Assembly: GCA_000002445.1 (NCBI GenBank)
Contig: CH464492.1
Span: 64,001-128,000 of the forward strand
Direction: 5' to 3'
Length of the DNA: 64,000 nt
Source of the DNA: Trypanosoma brucei
Lineage: Eukaryota
Part shown: positions 1-10,155 of the stretch, in pieces
Layout: each line of letters opens with the position of its first letter
Numbering within the stretch: position 1 is the stretch's first letter
Program-made: the position numbers and the translations under genes
Notes under the pieces: generated by a model
What the model was told of the DNA's origin: nothing
Databases searched by the model: none
What the model saw: the letters and a program-made list of their open reading frames with translations, nothing else

Positions 1-60
1 ATATTATAATATTAATAAAAATAATGATAATAATAATGATGATGATAATGAAACCGGCCG
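1..60 (+). repeat. 70-bp repeat fragment, TAA/TGA-rich tail (ataatgataataataatgatgatgataatg)
   Basis: Matches the (TRR)n-rich portion of the T. brucei VSG-upstream 70-bp repeat. The window starts inside it. Confidence 0.4.
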
Positions 61-849
61 CTTGGGTTTGTAATCACAGAAAACAAGGAAAACGTGTAAT
101 AAATTTTAAACAGTGCAGTGCAACTAGCGTATTCGAATCCCATAAAAATGAATAGATGGAAAATATGAAGAATACAAAGAGTAGCGGAATTTAAACAGTG
201 AGAGAGTGGAGGTACGCCTGAAGCTAACTACATAAAAATGTAGATACGTACTCAAAGATGAGATAACAACACTGAGCATACGTCTTTTAGCAACTAGATT
301 AAAACAATGTTAAACATTGCCTATGTAAAAACCCCAGAGACTCAACAAATTTTTTCTTTTTGTCTAACATGATTTTTTTTGTAGCCCTCTCAAATTCATA
401 GGTAGAGTAAAACATAAATATTTCTGTATTGACAACTCTACTATTACATTTCATGAGTTTGCACTCGGTATCTCTTCAATATAACGAAGTAGATAACACA
501 ACAAATATAACAGAGAATGTTCTTAAGAAACGAAGAGTGTGTGCGGTTGAAGTTTAAACTCATGCAACACAAGGATGGTATTGACTCATATTGATTGCCA
601 AACTAAGTAATGTTGAAATTATTACAATTGGGCTGGGATGTTTGTATAGTCATGTTAAAAGGCCTTTGTGGGGTTATGGAATTTTTAAAAAGTCAGAATG
701 CAAGTAATGAGGATATTGTAATTCATTTGGATGGGTCTGATGTTATTGTTTGTGATTTAAAAAATATGAGAGTGCTGTGGAAAAAGCGATGAGGGGGAAA
801 ATTCGGCGCATAAATCTCAACGGCAGAGTTGAGACCACAACCAGAACAA

Positions 850-2290
850 AATTGACAAAAGCAGCTAGATATTAATATCTGAAAGTGGATGCACCCCGGA
901 ACAAAAAGGCAAACTCAATAGGAAGCTTCCATCAATAGTTTCTACAGCTGTGCGCTTAGCCCATATTTTTCGAAAACAGACAATCGATAAGCCTCCTACT
1001 AACAAGGAAGCAGCGACCAAGCCTACAGCCACAGCAAACGAAGCTCAAAGTAATTTTATAGCTTTAATCGAAGGGGAACGGCAGTCAATAAGGAGGAAAT
1101 CACTAGTGGCGCAAAATTCGCCATGTTAGGTTACACTTTCGACCTAGACAGAGTCCTCGGCAACATATCGCCTATAGGAGACTTCCACGTAACAAAATAG
1201 TCACTAGTAGAACTAAACCACAAAACGTTTTAAACGACAATAAAATCTTACCATTTGAACAAAATTAAGAGATTTCACAGGCAGGGAAAGGTTAATGGTA
1301 AAAAAAGTTTCTCAATATGGGTAAAAGCACTTAAAGAGGCAACCGGCAAGACGACTAAATACAACAGCCTATACTGCAGACAAGCTATCGACTTAGACTT
1401 TAACGCAAAAAGTATGCCTATATCCAGACTTAACAACCAATCTGCGTTTATTGTCCTTCACTACGACAGTTAGCGCAGCAAATAGAAACCAAGCTTACAA
1501 AAGTCATCCAAAATGAGGAAGCAATTTTGGGCCGGTAAAATTGCATTTCACAAAAAAAAACGACATCAGTACCATCGAGTAGAGCAACCTTATGCCTATA
1601 CCGTGCGACAAAACAAACAAGTAGCGAAGATCTAGAAGATTCCTTTATCTGCATTTGCGGGGCAAGCACGGAGTGGTGTTAAAGTAAAGCGCCTTATCGA
1701 GGGCCACCGTCCACCAGAACGGAGTAGCACAGTATCCCACTACACAAGCAGTATCGGCCCAAGACATCACATAATAGGCAGATAACGCAGAACAAAAACA
1801 AGTGACACCGCAAGAATTAGCGTCAGCAACAAGTCATCTTCATAGCCGTCAGACCGTAGCTGGACGCAAACTAAACCGGACGTACAACAGCAAACTGCCG
1901 TCTCGAAAAGTTCTCACTGAAATTGTTTTCCTCAGACAAGCAACTAATATATCACCATTTAAGTAGGTCTCTACCCGTTTAAGATGTTGACTATGTCGCG
2001 CTCACAGCCGAAAGTGGCACAGGCTAAGCGGTAGGAGACGAAGCCACACATGAGCGGGCCAAGCGCACCAATGAGACTTAAAAGCGCATACCGCCGAGCT
2101 GAGTGGCACCATAACCTGGACGTTGGTTCGTAAAATGTTTAGCTTTTTCTCTTAATCACAGCAGAAATGGACATGTAAGCTGCAGCGGGCTCAACTGCAA
2201 CAGACGCAACAGCCAAGCCACTCAAAACCCCTGCATTCAACACAACTACCAATGCACAAGCAGCCCCCTCTATGCGAATACAAAATTGTA
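850..2290 (+). pseudogene. VSG N-terminal-domain pseudogene fragment
   Basis: Around 1620-1680 it translates to DSFICICGASTEWC followed by a stop, which is the conserved VSG N-domain (I/L)C(V/I)C motif. The region has VSG-like GC content. There is no continuous ORF, signal peptide or C-terminal domain. Confidence 0.3.
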
Positions 2291-2299
2291 GAAAACCAC

Positions 2300-3917
2300 T
2301 AGAAAACCAAGCTTACAGCGATGAAGTAGGGCACTGCGATCGCGCTGGTGGCGGTTCTGACACATCTGCAACACGGTAAAGCAACAGTCGACAAACAAAT
2401 AGTACACACGTACTTGAAGGAGCTGTGCGAAATCGGCGCAGATGGCGAAAAACTCGGTAGCAGAGCACAACATACACTAAAGGCGCCTGCACAAGCGGCT
2501 AGCCAGGAACTACGAGGGCTACTACAGACAATGGTTTTTCTAGAAAGCGGCAACACCACACTCTCTGGGCCAGCGACGCAAACCACGCTCGACTACACGG
2601 CCCGATCCTTGTCAAAACATCTAGCATACTACGATTCGCAAGAGGCCAGCCAAGAACTGACTTCCGTACTAGACGGCGGTCGGCTGCAAGGCGCAATACG
2701 GGAGTTTGTAACGACTGCTGCGGCCGTATCAGGCAGCAACAAAAGCTGCCTGCAAGACAGCGACACAGCCAGTAACGGTGTGCAAGGCGTAGCAGCGCTC
2801 GAGAAGCAAGAACCGTTGTGCAAAATAAACCCAGCGGCAACCAACACCGGCGACCAGACTTCGTAGCCCTCAGACCCAACGGCTTTGCAAGCTACCTCGC
2901 AAATGCCGTGGACCACGCAACGTTGGCAACAGGCAGCGGCAACCAATGTGACATGAATTCCGACGCTGCAAACCACAAGTGGCTCAACGACGGCACTGGC
3001 GTGGACATTAGCAGGAACAACCCAACAGTGGCGGCGGGCTTGATCCAGATCACAGCAACTAACGGGCTTGCAGGAGAAGGCGGTAAGAAGTCAGTAAATG
3101 GCGGAAAAGCGCCTCTAGTTGCCGCGGTGCTAAGGCATGTGCAGCGGACCACAAGCCCGTTGCAAACCGCAACGCAGACCACGGTAGCCGACGCAGCACA
3201 GCGAGACGACTACAAAAACGCAGCAGGGAGATATTTGTTCGGCCTTGAAAGCTCAGACTGTAAAAGAGACAGCGAACTTCCGACCGCGACCAAGACAAGC
3301 TACAATGCAAGCGATCGACCGGACAAACTGCTTCTTCAAGACATAAACGACATGCCCATCACAGGCATACTAAAGAAAAGTCCCAACTTGAAGAAACTTG
3401 GTAATGACACTGACATAAACCAACTGTTGGAGCCGTGCTTCTACTCGGAGTTGAAGAAACAGAAACTAGCGAATACCGAGAAAAAACTTCAAGAAGCAGC
3501 AGCCAAGACGAGTACAAAATCAGCAGAAGAAAAGGAGAAGGAGTGCAATACCAAAGGCAACGACAAGCAAGAAGAGTGTAAAAAACTAGCTAAAGATGGG
3601 TGCGTTTTTAACAAAGACGGCAAAGATGGTGAAAAGTGCACGTTAACGAAAGAAGCCACACAAAAAGCGGCAGAGCAAGAAAACCAAGAAACAGGAGGGA
3701 ATGATGGGAAACTGTTTGCTCTACACACCAGGATCAGACATCTTGTGAAAAAGAGAATGAAGGACTGCCAGCTTCTGCCCCTCGTAAATGTGGTTGGATA
3801 ACTTTTACAGACAACGAGGGTAAAATTCCCAGACCTGACTGCCTTCCTTCCAGTTTTCTCGTCAATAAGAAATTGGCTCTCATAGCAGCTGCTTTTATGA
3901 GTTTTGTGTTATTTTAG
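2300..3917 (+). pseudogene. VSG pseudogene with multiple frameshifts
   Basis: ORF 2348-2866 gives N-domain sequence (...KELCEIGADGE...). ORF 2818-3801 gives a C-terminal Cys-rich domain (KECNTKGNDKQEECKKLAKDGCVFNKDGKDGEKCTL...QETGGNDG). In a third frame, 3850-3917 encodes the GPI signal SSFLVNKKLALIAAAFMSFVLF*. The 3'UTR 16-mer tgatatattttacaac is at 4007-4022. Confidence 0.8.
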
Positions 3918-4006
3918 CATTCTAAGGATTTTTGCTCAATTTTATGAAATTTATAAAAATTATGAAATTTAATATTTTGAGAGTATTTTATTAAATTGTT
4001 AAACTT

Positions 4007-4022
4007 TGATATATTTTACAAC
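4007..4022 (+). promoter_or_regulatory. VSG 3'UTR conserved 16-mer (variant TGATATATTTTACAAC)
   Basis: One mismatch to TGATATATTTTAACAC, which is known to control VSG mRNA stability. It lies ~90 nt after the GPI-signal stop. Confidence 0.7.
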
Positions 4023-4159
4023 TTTTGTAAAAATTTGAAATTTCGGTATTGTTGTGGCCCACTGGTGTAAAGCAGTTAAGTGTTAGGGCATGAAAAATAA
4101 GCGATGTTCTAATTTTGTTTACTTTATGGATATTAGATAGTGTTAGAATGGTAATGTTT

Positions 4160-4205
4160 TTTATGAGAGTTATGAGTGTGTATATACGAATATTATAATT
4201 ATAGT
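4160..4205 (+). repeat. Single degenerate 70-bp repeat copy
   Basis: gagtgtgtatatacgaatattataattatagtga matches the 70-bp repeat core. It sits ~0.9 kb upstream of the VSG at 5103. Confidence 0.6.
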
Positions 4206-5102
4206 GACGCAGTCCGAGATGAAAATTGAAATAGAGGTAATTAAAATAATAGAAACGATTTTCTAGGAGTGAGTGAATGAATGCGACATTAGATGAGAGA
4301 GTATGAGTAATATTATTATTAAAGACAAGGCAGACGGAAAGAGAGATAGAGTATGAGCGGGTTACAGCACAAGCATTATAATATGCATAATCATACACAA
4401 GATGATGCAGGGAAAATGGGGGGCAGGCAAAATCCAGTTTCCAAGACAATGGCGTCGCTAGACCTAGTGCAAAGAAGTAGTGATACAAGACTGAAAAGAA
4501 AGTAAGAAAGTAGGGAATGCGGGACAACACAGAAGAGATAATGCATCAGGAGGAACAGGAGCCGCCGAGAGTGCCCCGAATTTCACTCACGAATAGATAG
4601 AAACATCGGCAGAGATAGGGCTGACTGTGTTTTTTATTGCATTAGTAAATCCAGATTTTAAGCGGCACCTCCATGTGGCAGCGGTTCGTAAAATAAATGT
4701 TAATTGTTGGCTCTGATGAAATAGTGGGGCAGCTTGTAGGGGGACTTTGTTGATTGATAGAATAACAGTGTTAGAGTATTATAAATGGCTACAAAATAAA
4801 GTTGGGGTTATGAAGGTCCCGTTGTTACAGAGGTTGCAACAGCACACAATGAGAAGGACTGCCCAACGGCCAGGCAGCCTCTCCGCAGAGCGGCCTTTGT
4901 GCTAACAGGAGGTGCACTCGTCAGCGGCTATCCAAAGACCTTTCATTTCTTCGCCAAGTGTGGGAGCTCTTTAACACTCAATGCTAACAGTAGCTGGCGG
5001 ATGCAGCAGCCCCATGCTCTCTTTTAACTTCATAGCACTCCCTAAGCACTGTTTATCAAAACGTCCCGCCGTGCCAACCTTCAGTGGTTCGACCAAGCTT
5101 AA

Positions 5103-6527
5103 ATGTCACGGCAATCAACGCAACGCGCTGTAGCAGCCGCACTGACGCTGCTTCTAGGCTCCGTAGAGGCGGCCCAAGATGCAAATGCAAAAGAACACAG
5201 CATACTGTGCAGGCTGCTGTCCGTGGCGGCAATAGAGCCAGAACCAAAAACATTGTCACCAGATGCAAGCGCGCTAGTAGCGACACTGGAGGAATTAAAC
5301 TTCTCAAACAGCGACGCCAACTGGACATCAAACTTCGATTTTGCCGCAATGACCGCCAAACCAGATGAATTGCCTCAAAAATTTAGGAAAGCACCGTATC
5401 CCCCAATGTGGACAACGATGTGGCCGAAATGGTACGCCGCAGGCAAACGGGCCGGCGAGGCTAAGGTCGGCACCGCTAGAAACAGCGATTACCCAGCCAT
5501 AAACGACGGGAGGCAAAAAAAACAGGCTCACAGTCAAATATCCGCGCTTCTTGACAGGGCGCTTTCATTGAAATCAAAGATAGACAACCTCAAAGGAGCG
5601 GACGGCACGTTCGGCATGACCACAGTAAGATCCCACCTTCAAGCAGCGGCCTACGGCAAGCCAGAGGCCAACAAGCCGACAACGCCAGACGGCATCCACG
5701 CACTGGCCAACTGGGACTCGGCATGCGGCAAATCAAACGTGGGCAAAAGCCTAGCAAGCGACATGATGTGCCTTTGCCACGGTACAGGTGTAACACCGCA
5801 AGACTGCGGGCTGACTGTAACGGCTGTCCAGTGGAACGCAGCCAAAACCATCGATGAGCCGTGGAATCCACTCAAAACATCTTGCCCATGCGGCAAACCA
5901 GGCGAACTGACAGACGCAGTAGTTGAAGCGGCAGTGACGGACTTTACAAGGGCCCTGAAGGAAACCTCCACCGGTGGCGAAAAAGTGCTACACTTCGGCG
6001 ATAACTCCGGCACAGGGTGCAATGGAGCAGACACCAAACTTTGCATAGATTACAGCGACTTCTTCAAAAAAGGAGGCGATAGCGGAGTAAGCAAGATAAA
6101 GTGGGCAGCCGAGCTTCGGCTGGCAGCAGGGCTAGCAAAGCAGACCGAAACCAGGCTGCAGCAAGCGCAGACACTGGCCCTGCTTGTAGAAGCACTCAGC
6201 GAGGAAGCAAAAAGCGTTTATACAGCTGCCGCCCAAAACAGGTTAGTGCCACCAGCTGAAGCGGAACACCAAGCGGATGCCAGCAGGCACCGTGATCAGA
6301 CGCAGGGCATTACCGGCGAAAAAAAGCAAGAAATTACATGCCAGGAGGAAAATAACAAGGATAAAAGCAACAGCAAGGCCGGATGCAAATATAATGACAA
6401 AGATAGAAAATGCGAGGAAGATCCTGCAAAAGCTACAGCAACAGCAGCACCAAACACAAACAGCACAGGAGACAATTCTTTTCTCATTAACAAGGCCCCT
6501 CTTTGGCTTGCATTTTTGCTTCTATAA
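5103..6527 (+). CDS. VSG: Variant surface glycoprotein, apparently intact (474 aa)
   Basis: The ORF is uninterrupted. The N-terminus has a signal peptide (MSRQSTQRAVAAALTLLLGSVEA). The N-domain Cys pattern is present (MMCLCHG). A Cys-rich C-domain follows. The C-terminus is GDNSFLINKAPLWLAFLLL*. The canonical 16-mer sits at 6550-6565. Confidence 0.92.
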   Translation: MSRQSTQRAVAAALTLLLGSVEAAQDANAKEHSILCRLLSVAAIEPEPKTLSPDASALVATLEELNFSNSDANWTSNFDFAAMTAKPDELPQKFRKAPYPPMWTTMWPKWYAAGKRAGEAKVGTARNSDYPAINDGRQKKQAHSQISALLDRALSLKSKIDNLKGADGTFGMTTVRSHLQAAAYGKPEANKPTTPDGIHALANWDSACGKSNVGKSLASDMMCLCHGTGVTPQDCGLTVTAVQWNAAKTIDEPWNPLKTSCPCGKPGELTDAVVEAAVTDFTRALKETSTGGEKVLHFGDNSGTGCNGADTKLCIDYSDFFKKGGDSGVSKIKWAAELRLAAGLAKQTETRLQQAQTLALLVEALSEEAKSVYTAAAQNRLVPPAEAEHQADASRHRDQTQGITGEKKQEITCQEENNKDKSNSKAGCKYNDKDRKCEEDPAKATATAAPNTNSTGDNSFLINKAPLWLAFLLL

Positions 6528-6549
6528 AACTTTTAGGATTTTTGCTGTT

Positions 6550-6565
6550 TGATATATTTTAACAC
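6550..6565 (+). promoter_or_regulatory. VSG 3'UTR 16-mer TGATATATTTTAACAC (exact)
   Basis: Exact match, 23 nt after the stop codon. Confidence 0.85.
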
Positions 6566-6684
6566 CTAAATTCACCGAAAAAATTGAACTGTATTTGTAA
6601 AAAATTCTGAGTCTGTAAAAATTTTTGCTTTTCTGATACCTAAAATTTTTTTCCTTTTCCCGTTGAATTTTTTTATTTTGTGCA

Positions 6685-6795
6685 GGTAGGTGGGTGATTA
6701 GTTAGGTTAGTTAGGGAGGGTTTCCCTACTTAGGCTTAGGATTAGGATTAGGCTTAGGGTTAGGATTAGGATTAGGGTTATTCGGTTAGGGTTAA
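6685..6795 (+). repeat. Degenerate telomere-type hexamer tract, G-strand (TTAGGG/TTAGGA/TTAGGC)n
   Basis: ttagggagggtttccctacttaggcttaggattaggattaggcttagggttaggattaggattagggttattcggttagggtta. A G-rich block gtaggtgggtg precedes it. It is the reverse complement of the right-hand block at 7969-8192. Confidence 0.8.
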
Positions 6796-6850
6796 TTTTC
6801 CTCTCTTCCTGCTAATTAATTTTCTCATTCCAGTTTTTCTAGTCTTTTAG

Positions 6851-6866
6851 TGATGCAGCGGCTCCA
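6851..6866 (-). other. Conserved VSG-3'-flank motif GGAGCCGCTGCATCAC (reverse-complement copy)
   Basis: tgatgcagcggctcc at 6851-6866 is the exact reverse complement of ggagccgctgcatcac at 7743-7758. A one-mismatch copy is at 44216-44231. A second degenerate copy, tgatgcagcagc, is at 6907-6918. Confidence 0.7.
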
Positions 6867-6969
6867 TTTTTTTTACACCACTTTGCTGTTTTTATTTTTT
6901 TAAAAGTGATGCAGCAGCTTTTTTGTTATGCGAACCCTAACCCTCAACACCTTAACCCGAACCCGAAAC

Positions 6970-7740
6970 TTAGGCGCTCGTGTGGCTAAAAAAAATGTGT
7001 GTCGCAAAAAAAAGTGGGGGGTTGCAAAAAAAAAGAAGTTAAAGAAAAAAATGCAAAATCTAACCCGGAGTTCGAAATTTAAAAATCTCAAAACTCTCAA
7101 AAACTTTAAAATCTAAAAATCTAAAAAACGATAATTTAAAAAAATAAAGATTTAAAAAGAACCGAAAAAATCCAAACAGAAAAAAGGAAAAAAGCGAAAA
7201 AAAATAAAGCAAAAAGATGAATTAAAAAAATATGAGCTAAAAAAGCCGAAATAAAAAAATAATGCCGCGACAGGGAACAAAAAAATCAAAAATAACAAAT
7301 TAAAATTCAAAAATTCGGAAAATTTTAAAAAAAATGAAAAAATTTTTTAAAAAACCAAAAACCTCGCAAAATCCGAAAACTAAAAAAAAGGATTAGAAAA
7401 AATTTTTTAAATCTAAAAACATTGAAAACAAAAAAACTGCGGTGACAAAAAAAACGAAAAACCAAGAAGGCAAAAAAGAGTCACTGGTGGGGTGCAAAAA
7501 ATATATAAATTCAAATTTAAAAAGTCGCAAAATTTAAAAAATAAAATCATGCAAAAAAAAGAAGGGTAAAAAAGGGTTGCTGAAAGACGCGCTAAAAAAA
7601 ATTCGCGCACTCCCAAAAAACGTAAAAATGTAAAAAAAAATGCAATGTCGCGACGGGGATCAAAATATTTTTATAAATTTAAAGATTGGATATGCGTGCG
7701 CGGGGGAGTGGGGGGGAGGAGGGTTAGGGTCCGCATAATA
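6970..7740 (+). repeat. A-rich low-complexity core between the inverted telomere-type tracts
   Basis: About 770 bp that is overwhelmingly A-rich on the + strand (aaaaatctaaaaatctaaaaaacgataatttaaaaaaataaag...). It ends in a G-rich block gcgcgggggagtgggggggaggagggttaggg at 7698-7732. The lysine-rich ORFs listed here are artefacts of poly-A. Confidence 0.7.
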
Positions 7741-7968
7741 AAGGAGCCGCTGCATCACTAAAAAAATACAAATTTTTAAAAATCGAAAAACTCAAGAAAA
7801 AAAACAAAAATTAAAAAAGGTTTAAAAAACTTTAAAAAAACTTTAAAAAATTTAAAAAAACGCTGGCGCAAAGAAAAAAGAGCCTGTGCATTACTGTGGA
7901 GCCAAAAACAAAATTATTGGAGCAATTAAGGACGCAGCTGCGGGGTAAAAAAGAAAAAGGAAAAAAGT

Positions 7969-8192
7969 AACCCTAACCGAATAACCCTAACCCTAACCCT
8001 AACCCTAACCCGCTAACCCGAAACACCCTAACCCTAACCCGCTAACCCGAAACACCCTAACCCTAACCCGCTAACCCGAAACACCCTAACCCTAACCCGC
8101 TAACCCGAAACACCCTAACCCTAAGCCTAAGCCTACCTAACCCCCCTCCACCTACCTAACTACCCCCCCCCCATTCCTACCTAGGTACCTAC
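7969..8192 (+). repeat. Telomere-type C-strand tract (CCCTAA)n with four tandem 29-bp telomere-derived repeats and a C-rich tail
   Basis: Perfect ccctaa hexamers at 7984-8010. Then caccctaaccctaacccgctaacccgaaa occurs four times (29-bp period, ~8016-8130). Then cctaagcctaagcctacctaacccccctccacctacc. This resembles the 29-bp telomere-adjacent repeats described at T. brucei chromosome ends. Confidence 0.8.
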
Positions 8193-8311
8193 AAAAACTC
8201 TAAAAAAACGGGAAAAGAAGGAAAAAAATTTTATTCGCCAGAAAAACAAATGTTTTTACAGAATCAAATATTTTTACAAACAATCAACAAAAAACACTCA
8301 GCTGATTTTAG

Positions 8312-8327
8312 GTGTTAAAATATATCA
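8312..8327 (-). promoter_or_regulatory. VSG 3'UTR 16-mer (exact, minus strand)
   Basis: The + strand reads gtgttaaaatatatca, the reverse complement of TGATATATTTTAACAC. It sits ~45 nt downstream of the minus-strand VSG stop at 8372. Confidence 0.85.
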
Positions 8328-8371
8328 GAAGTTTTCAAGTAGCAAGGAAAATTTTAAAAAGAGGGAGGGAA

Positions 8372-9928
8372 TTAAAAAAGCAAGGCCACAAATGCAGCAG
8401 AAACCACGCTGAGGGCGAATTGTTTGTTTACTAGAATAGAGGAATCACGGCAGTAAGGCTTTTCAAGTGTTCCTTTACCGTCCTCGTAAGTGATCCATCC
8501 GCAAACAGATTTTTTGCCAGGGGGAGCTGTTCCTTGCACGGCTTCGCATTTCTCCTTGCTTTCTATGCCAGTACATTTTGAAGTTTTCTCTCCTGTTCCT
8601 GTTGCTGGGTTTGTCTGCTCTGTAACTTTAGTTTCATCTGCTACGCACTTTCCATCTTTTTCTTCCCATTTGCAACCTTTTTCTTCACATGTCTCTTTTG
8701 GTTTGTGCTCCTTGCATTCTTCTTGTGCAACACTTGCTAATTTGTCGTTTGTTGGTTCACTGTCTTTTTTTGTGTTTGCTGAAAAACCAGCTTCATATAG
8801 GTGCCAAACACTTGGGTTCATTGTCGTTAGTGTGTTGATGGTGGCAGTAATGTCTGATTCGGTTGCTGCTGTTGGCGCTGCTTCGATTCCTTGTCGCACT
8901 TCTGTTTGCCAGCGGATCTCGCTGTTCCCTACCGTTTTTTGCCATGGTGCATAGTTGACGCAAATCTGTTTTGTTGTGCCGTCGCAGCCTGTTGCCGTCG
9001 CATCTGCCCAGCCGAGAATGTATTTGTTGTTTTGGGTTGGTGTTGTTTTGCTGTGAGTGTTTCCTCCAATTAGTGAGACGAGGCTGGTAAGCGCTGCCTG
9101 TAGAGCTGCTGCTGTGACTTTCGTTGGTGTTTGTGGGCACTCCGCCATCAAAGTATCCCAGCTTGTGTGTATTGTGCTATGCGGTGTGCGAAAGTTGTTT
9201 TGGTTTGTCGTTGTTCCGTGGGCAGCTGTTGCGCAGTTCTACATTCCCGTTTGTCCGTCGACACAAAGACAGACTAAGTCGTTAATTAACGTTTTGCCGA
9301 CATTGGTTGTTTGTTCGCTGCTGAATGGCACCGAGCCGCAGCTTGTTTCCCTTGTGTTTGAGCCGGTTCCGCCGAAAATGCTGGCGACGTTTCCCGCCGC
9401 AAAGAGGGTTGCTCTTGGTGTTAGTTCAGGAGGCTTTTCGTCTTTGCCACACACTGCTTTGAAAAGGTGTTTGTTTGCCGTGGCCGTGGCCGCTTCGACG
9501 GTTTTGATCTTGCTTTTCAGCGCCGATATCACCTCCGCTGCCGCCTGGGCCGTTTCATTTATTTGCTTCGCTGTGGCGATTCCTGCCGCAGTTTTTGGCA
9601 GCGCCTTGTATTCTTTGTTAAGTCCTTCTGTGCCTTCCTTTTCTCGTCTTTCTACCTCTGTTTTGTTGTCGTAAGCGATTATCTCCGCTCTCTGTATGTC
9701 GTTTTTTAGCTGCGTTACTTGCTCTGCAACTTTTATCTCTGTGCTGTCGAAGCCCTTAGAGGCCAGCCGAATTAAGTTACAGAGCGCTCCAAACTCTTGT
9801 GCGTTTTCAGCTTCTTGGTCAACGGTTGCGTCGACAATGGTCGCTGCGCGGAACATTATTGTGGCCGCTGTTGCCGCTAGGTACATGAGCGTGGTCATCT
9901 CTGTTGCTCTTTCTTTTTGAATGGACAT
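8372..9928 (-). pseudogene. VSG pseudogene; a frameshift splits the N- and C-terminal halves
   Basis: ORF 9239-9928 encodes a signal peptide and N-domain (MSIQKERATEMTTLMYLAATAATIMF...LVCLCVDG). ORF 8372-9151 encodes the C-domain and GPI signal (…CRDSSILVNKQFALSVVSAAFVALLF*). An 88-bp gap with a frame change separates them. Confidence 0.8.
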
Positions 9929-10079
9929 GTACAGAAGGTTGCCTGTTGATCAGAAAGAAGGGGGTGCACCAAAATTTTGTGCCCCGTGGTCGTTTAGTGG
10001 TTTGTCATCAATGCTGTTTGCTTTCTGGGTTCAACAGCGAACGTTGAGCTGCTTTGTTGAAGGTTTTTAGGCAAAAAAG

Positions 10080-10155
10080 AGGGTGTTGTGAGTGTGTGTA
10101 TACGAATATTATAATAAGAGCAGTAATGATAGTAGTAATAATGATGATGATGGGA
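10080..10155 (+). repeat. 70-bp repeat, one good copy
   Basis: gggtgttgtgagtgtgtgtatacgaatattataataagagcagtaatgatagtagtaataatgatgatgatgg is a near-consensus 70-bp repeat. It lies ~1.7 kb upstream of the + strand VSG starting near 11800. Confidence 0.85.

Noticed and set aside
2499-2976. Overlapping minus-strand ORFs (2499-2879, 2629-2976, 2892-3182) across the VSG pseudogene at 2300-3917
   Set aside because: The sense strand carries clear VSG N- and C-domain and GPI-signal sequence. The antisense ORFs are by-products of the GC-rich, Ala/Thr-rich coding strand.
3991-4530. 179-aa minus-strand ORF in an AT-rich intergenic region
   Set aside because: Its composition (poly-N/Y/F/I) reflects AT-rich sequence that includes a 70-bp repeat. 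It has no recognisable domain and is not a VSG.
6928-7116. Lysine-rich small ORFs (for example 6928-7116 + and 6900-7100 -) inside the A-rich core
   Set aside because: They are translations of poly(A)/poly(T) low-complexity DNA. There is no codon structure and no flanking gene signals.
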